DNA of 64,000 bases. Origin: Macrostomum lignano (taxonomy: Eukaryota). The first letter of the stretch is position 1. Each line of letters begins with the position of its first letter. The notes beneath the pieces are model-generated. The model saw only the letters and a list, made by a program, of their open reading frames with translations. It was not told the origin of the DNA and did no database searches. The position numbers were made by a program, and so were the translations under genes. The stretch is taken from positions 198,422-262,421 of the forward strand of contig NIVC01001150.1 in the NCBI GenBank assembly GCA_002269645.1. Reading direction: 5' to 3'. Shown here piece by piece: positions 59,101 through 64,000 of this stretch.

Positions 59101-62100
59101 ATCCCCATCTACTCACTCCCGGTTCGAATCCCCATCTCATCTCCTCCCTCCCGGTTCGAATCCCCATCTCCTCACTCCAAGTTCCAATCCCCATCCTCAC
59201 TCCAAGTTCCAATCCCCATCTCCTCACTCCAAGTTCGAATCCCCATCTCCTCACTCCGGTTCGAATCCCCATCTCCTCACTCCAAGTTCGAATCCCCATC
59301 TCCTCACTCCAAGTTCGAATCCCCATCTCCTCACTCCGGTTCGAATCCCCATCTCCTCACTCCAAGTTCGAATCCTCATCTCCTCACTCCAAGTTAGAAT
59401 CCCCATCTCCTCACTCCAAGTTCGAATCCCCATCCTCACTCCAAGTTCGAATCCCCATCTCCTCACTCCGGTTCGAATCCCCATCTCCTCACTCCAAGTT
59501 CGAATCCCCATCTCCTCACTCCGGTTCGAATCCCCATCTCCTCACTCCGGTTCGAATCCCCATCTCCTCACTCCAAGTTCGAATCCCCATCTCCTCACTC
59601 CGGTTCGAATCCCCATCTTCTCACTCCAAGTTCGAATCCCCATCTCCTCACTCCAAGTTCGAATCCCCATCTACTCACTCCAAGTTAGAATCCCCATCTC
59701 CTCACTCCAAGTTCGAATCCCCATCCTCACTCCAAGTTCGAATCCCCATCTCCTCACTCCAAGTTCGAATCCCCATCTACTCACTCCCGGTTCGAATCCC
59801 CATCTCCTCACTCCGGTTCGAATCCCCATCTCCTCACTCCAAGTTCGAATCCCCATCTCCTCACTCCAAGTTCGAATCCCCATCTACTCACTCCCGGTTC
59901 GAATCCCCATCTCATCTCCTCCCTCCCGGTTCGAATCCCCATCTTCTCACTCCAAGTTCGAATCCCCATCTCCTCACTCCAAGTTCGAATCCCCATCTCC
60001 TCACTCCGGTTCGAATCCCCATCTCCTCACTCCAAGTTCGAATCCCCATCTCCTCACTCCAAGTTCGAATCCCCATCCTCACTCCAAGTTCGAATCCCCA
60101 TCTCCTCACTCCGGTTCGAATCCCCATCTCCTCACTCCAAGTTCGAATCCCCATCTCCTCACTCCAAGTTCGAATCCCCATTCTCACTCCAAGTTCGAAT
60201 CCCCATCTCCTCACTCCAAGTTCGAATCCCCATCTCCTCACTCCAAGTTCGAATCCCCATTCTCACTCCAAGTTCGAATCCCCATCTCCTCACTCCAAGT
60301 TCGAATCCCCATCTCCTCACTCCGGTTCGAATCCCCATCTCCTCACTCCAAGTTCGAATCCCCATCTCCTCACTCCGGTTCGAATCCCCATCTTCTCACT
60401 CCAAGTTCGAATCCCCATCTCCTCACTCCAAGTTCGAATCCCCATCTACTCACTCCCGGTTCGAATCCCCATCTCATCTCCTCCCTCCCGGTTCGAATCC
60501 CCATCTCCTCACTCCAAGTTCGAATCCCCATCCTCACTCCAAGTTCGAATCCCCATCTCCTCACTCCAAGTTCGAATCCCCATCCTCACTCCAAGTTCGA
60601 ATCCCCATCTCCTCACTCCGGTTCGAATCCCCATCTCCTCACTCCAAGTTCGAATCCCCATCTCCTCACTCCAAGTTCGAATCCCCATCTCCTCACTCCA
60701 AGTTCGAATCCCCATCTCCTCACTCCAAGTTCGAATCCCCATCTCCTCACTCCAAGTTCGAATCCTCATCTCCTCACTCCAAGTTCGAATCCCCATCTCC
60801 TCACTCCAAGTTCGAATCCCCATCTCCTCACTCCAAGTTAGAATCCCCATCTCCTCACTCCAAGTTAGAATCCCTATCTCCTCACTCCAAGTTAGAATCC
60901 CCATCTCCTCACTCCAAGTTCCAATCCCCATCCTCACTCCAAGTTCCAATCCCCATCCTCACTCCAAGTTCGAATCCCCATCTCCTCACTCCAAGTTAGA
61001 ATCCCCATCCTCACTCCAAGTTCGAATCCTCATCTCCTCACTCCAAGTTAGAATCCCCATCTCCTCACTCCAAGTTAGAATCCCCATCTCCTCACTCCAA
61101 GTTAGAATCCCCATCTCCTCACTCCAATTTCGAATCCCCATCTCCCTACTCCCGGTTCGAATCCCCATCTCCCTACTCCCGGTTCGAATCCCCATCTCCT
61201 CACTCCCGGTTCGAATCCCCATCTCCCAGACTCCCCACTCCAACCCGCAGACGGGTGTCCGGCCGCGCCGCTCCCAGCCGCTGTGGAGTCTTCGCTGCTT
61301 TCTCGGGAGGCGGCCAACTACGCGGAGCTGCTGGCCGGCCTGCTGGCGGACCGGCGCAGGGCGGGGCTGCGGCAGTTCGCCATCGCCTGGACGGCCAGCC
61401 TGACTGAGCAGGCTTTCAAGTCGGTGAGTTGGCGGGCCTGTTTGCCGAGGCCTGCAGCAGCACTGCTGACTGGCTGACAGAGGGCACTCAAGTCTGCTCA
61501 GACTGTCTCCCCGTCTGTCCCATTGAGCAGTTTGTGACAGGCAACTTCAGTTGGGTTGAGCTGCATGGTTGCTATTCTGAGGGTAGCTTAGAAGGATGCG
61601 GCGGCGGTTTCGAGCAGGTCTTCAGTGATGACTGTTGCACGATTATGGTACCAGGGCCAGTACTGGGCTCCAGGTGTCAGTACTGAGCTTTAGGTGTCAG
61701 TACTGGGCTTTAGGTGTCAGTACTGGGCTCCAGGTGTCAGTACTGGGCTTTAGGTGCCAGTACTGGACTTTAGGTGCCAGTATACTGAGCTCCAGGTGTC
61801 AGTACTGGGCTTTAGGTGTCAGTACTGCGCTCCAGGTGTCAGTACTGGGCTTTAGGTGTCAGTACTGGGCTTTAGGTGTCAGTACTGCGCTCCAGGTGTC
61901 AGTACTGGGGTTTAGGTGTCAGTACTGGGCTCCAGGTGTCAGTACTGGGCTTTAGGTGTCAGTACTGGGCTCCAGGTGTCAGTACTGGGCTTTAGGTGTC
62001 AGTACTGGGCTTTAGGTGTCAGTACTGGGCTCCAGGTGTCAGTACTGGGCTCCAGGTGTCAGTACTGGGCTTTAGGTGTCAGTACTGGGCTTTAGGTGTC

Positions 62101-63014
62101 AGTACTGCGCTCCAGGTGTCAGTACTGGGCTTTAGGTGTCAGTACTGGGCTTTAGGTGTCAGTACTGCGCTCCAGGTGTCAGTACTGGGCTGCAGGTGTC
62201 ATTACTGGGCTGCAGGTGTCAGTACTGGGCTCCAGGTGTCAGTACTGGGCTCCAGGTGCCAGTACTATGTGCCAGGTATTAAGTGCTAGGTTCAATGCTA
62301 GCTTCAGTAACATGTACCAGTTGTCAATACCAGCCGTCAGTACCCATGTGTCAGTGCCAGGTGTCAGTGCCAGGTGTCAGTGCCAGGTGTCAGTGCCAGG
62401 TGTCAGTGCCAGGTGTCAGTGCCAGGTGTCAGTGCCAGGTGTCAGTGCCAGGTGTCAGTGCCAGGTGTCAGTGCCAGGTGTCAGTGCCAGGTGTCAGTGT
62501 CAGGTGTCAGTGCCAGGTGCCAGTGCCAGGTGTCAGTGCCAGGTGTCAGTGCCAGGTGTCAGTGCCAGGTGTCAGTGCCAGGTGTCAGTGCCAGGTGTCA
62601 GTGCCAGGTGTCAGTGCCAGGTGTCAGTGCCAGGTGTCAGTGCCAGGTGTCAGTGCCAGGTGTCAGTGCCAGGTGTCAGTGCCAGGTGTCAGTGCCAGGT
62701 GTCAGTGCCAGGTGTCAGTGCCAGGTGTCAGTGCCAGGTGTCAGTGCCAGGTGTCAGTGCCAGGTGTCAGTGCCAGGTGTCAGTGCCCGGTGAGTGCCAA
62801 ATGCCAGTACCAAGCGTCATTAGCCCAGCAGCCTGGACGGTGGGCCCCGAATTGCCCGCAGGTGCTCAGTGCAGGCTGGAATGAGACCTGGATGCTGCTG
62901 GTGTCCCCGGGTGCTGCCAGCTCGTTGCCCAACTTCCTTGACAGCGGCATCGACCCATTCAGTAGAAGCGCTCTGAGCAGCTGGAGGACCCGAATCTACC
63001 GAGTCGTCCTTCAG
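56163..63014 (+). CDS. Unidentified secreted or type-I membrane protein, 5' partial. Exons 56163-56250, 56374-56505, 58146-58364, 61251-61423, 62862-63014; probably continues beyond the window
   Basis: Signal peptide MRPASPAAIAAGLLCLGLLSPLAGG. Five GC-rich exons with YAG/GT(GAG) junctions whose phases (1,1,1,0,0) join without stops. NxS/T sites. Weak resemblance to an ANF-receptor/iGluR amino-terminal domain is inference only. Confidence 0.7.
56585..57800. repeat. 23-bp minisatellite AACCCCACACTATCAAATCCACA, about 53 copies, intron 2
   Basis: Tandem units read directly. Confidence 0.96.
58525..61240. repeat. 25-27-bp minisatellite CC(CGG/AAG)TTCGAATCCCCATCTCCTCACT, about 100 copies, intron 3
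   Basis: Tandem units read directly; each contains GTTCGAATCC. Confidence 0.96.
61650..62270. repeat. 20-bp minisatellite (CC/TT)AGGTGTCAGTACTGGGCT, intron 4
   Basis: Tandem units read directly. Confidence 0.95.
62345..62790. repeat. 13-bp minisatellite CCAGGTGTCAGTG, intron 4
   Basis: Tandem units read directly; shares CAGGTGTCAGT with the preceding 20-mer. Confidence 0.95.
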
Positions 63015-63164
63015 GTGAGCGCAGGTTCCAGCTTCTGCTTGAGCATTGCAGCCGGGCAGAAGATCAAACCGCCCCACCTCGTCTCTTGCAGCCAGTCTCC
63101 ATGGAGGATGCGCTGAGGCAAATCCTGACCGTTGCAGCTGAGGTGAGAAGACAAAATATTAATC

Positions 63165-63680
63165 GCTTGCCAGTCTCAACTCGTAGCTTGCCAGTCTCAA
63201 CTCGTAGCTTGCCAGTCTCAACTCGTAGCTTGCCAGTCAACTCGTAGCTTGCCAGTCTCAACTCATAGCTTGCCAGTCTCAACTCGTAGCTTGCCAGTCT
63301 CAACTCGTAGCTTGCCAGTCTCAACTCGTAGCTTGCCAGTCTCAACTCGTAGCTTGCCAGTCTCAACTCGTAGCTTGCCAGTCTCAACTCTTAGCTTGCC
63401 AGTCTCAACTCGTAGCTTGCCAGTCAACTCGTAGCTTGCCAGTCTCAACTCGTAGCTTGCCAGTCTCAACTCGTAGCTTGCCAGTCTCAACTCGTAGCTT
63501 GCCAGTCTCAACTCGTAGCTTGCCAGTCTCAACTCGTAGCTTGCCAGTCTCAACTCGTAGCTTGCCAGTCTCAACTCGTAGCTTGCCAGTCTCAACTCGT
63601 AGCTTGCCAGTCTCAACTCGTAGCTTGCCAGTCTCAACTCGTAGCTTGCCAGTCTCAACTCGTAGCTTGCCAGTCTCAAG
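63165..63680. repeat. 21-bp minisatellite GCTTGCCAGTCTCAACTCGTA, about 24 copies, intron 5
   Basis: Tandem units read directly. Confidence 0.95.
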
Positions 63681-64000
63681 TCGTATTTTTGCTACTCTCA
63701 ATGCATTGCTGACTCAAAAAACTCGCAGGCGGTGAAAAACGGGTCAGCGACTGGGACCGAATTTCAGGCCAATGTGGAAATTTGCTCTGGTAAGTGCTTT
63801 GCACACCTAGCATTTATAGTGACATCATGAGAATAAATTTCATGAGGTCACGAAACCCGTTCACCAATTTTCATGGCTGTTCGCATCGTTCGAATGAATT
63901 GATGTCTGGCGTAAACAAAACCTTGGAAAAAGCTCCAAAATTTACTTTTCTCTGTCAGGAATCGGGCCAACCAAGCTCGCCTCCTATGCTCCGAACGGAA

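Noticed and set aside
58525-61240. tRNA gene cluster
   Set aside because: Only the T-loop/B-box motif is present; no acceptor, D or anticodon arms.
8352-63680. CRISPR-like appearance of the 27-52-bp repeat arrays
   Set aside because: Units are head-to-tail with no unique spacers, there are no cas genes, and the DNA is eukaryotic.

Overview
Eukaryotic (metazoan) genomic DNA with very GC-rich exons, AT-rich spacers and many intronic or intergenic minisatellites. The style suggests a free-living flatworm such as Macrostomum, but that is inference. Host genes: the 5' part of a Dachsous-type protocadherin (-), ribosomal protein S16 (-), a single-exon DEG/ENaC channel (-), GRIPAP1/GRASP-1 (-, 3 exons), a tandem pair of 329-aa secreted PAN/apple + probable ConA/LamG-fold proteins (+, 3 exons each), an acidic repeat ORF (-), and the first five exons of an unidentified secreted or membrane protein (+). 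Mobile DNA: a Crypton-like tyrosine-recombinase element bounded by 12-bp direct repeats inside hairpins; an intact copia element with identical LTRs nested in a disabled Gypsy (Mag-like) element; a hAT MITE filled with (CCTCT)n inserted beside a THAP-domain remnant; and a small TIR element. About 15 tandem arrays generate most of the long ORFs in the track, which are spurious. The most unusual signals are the recombinase element's end structure and its H-to-Q active-site change, the patchwork identity between the two lectin-like paralogs, and minisatellites whose units are built from splice-site, B-box or hammerhead-like motifs.
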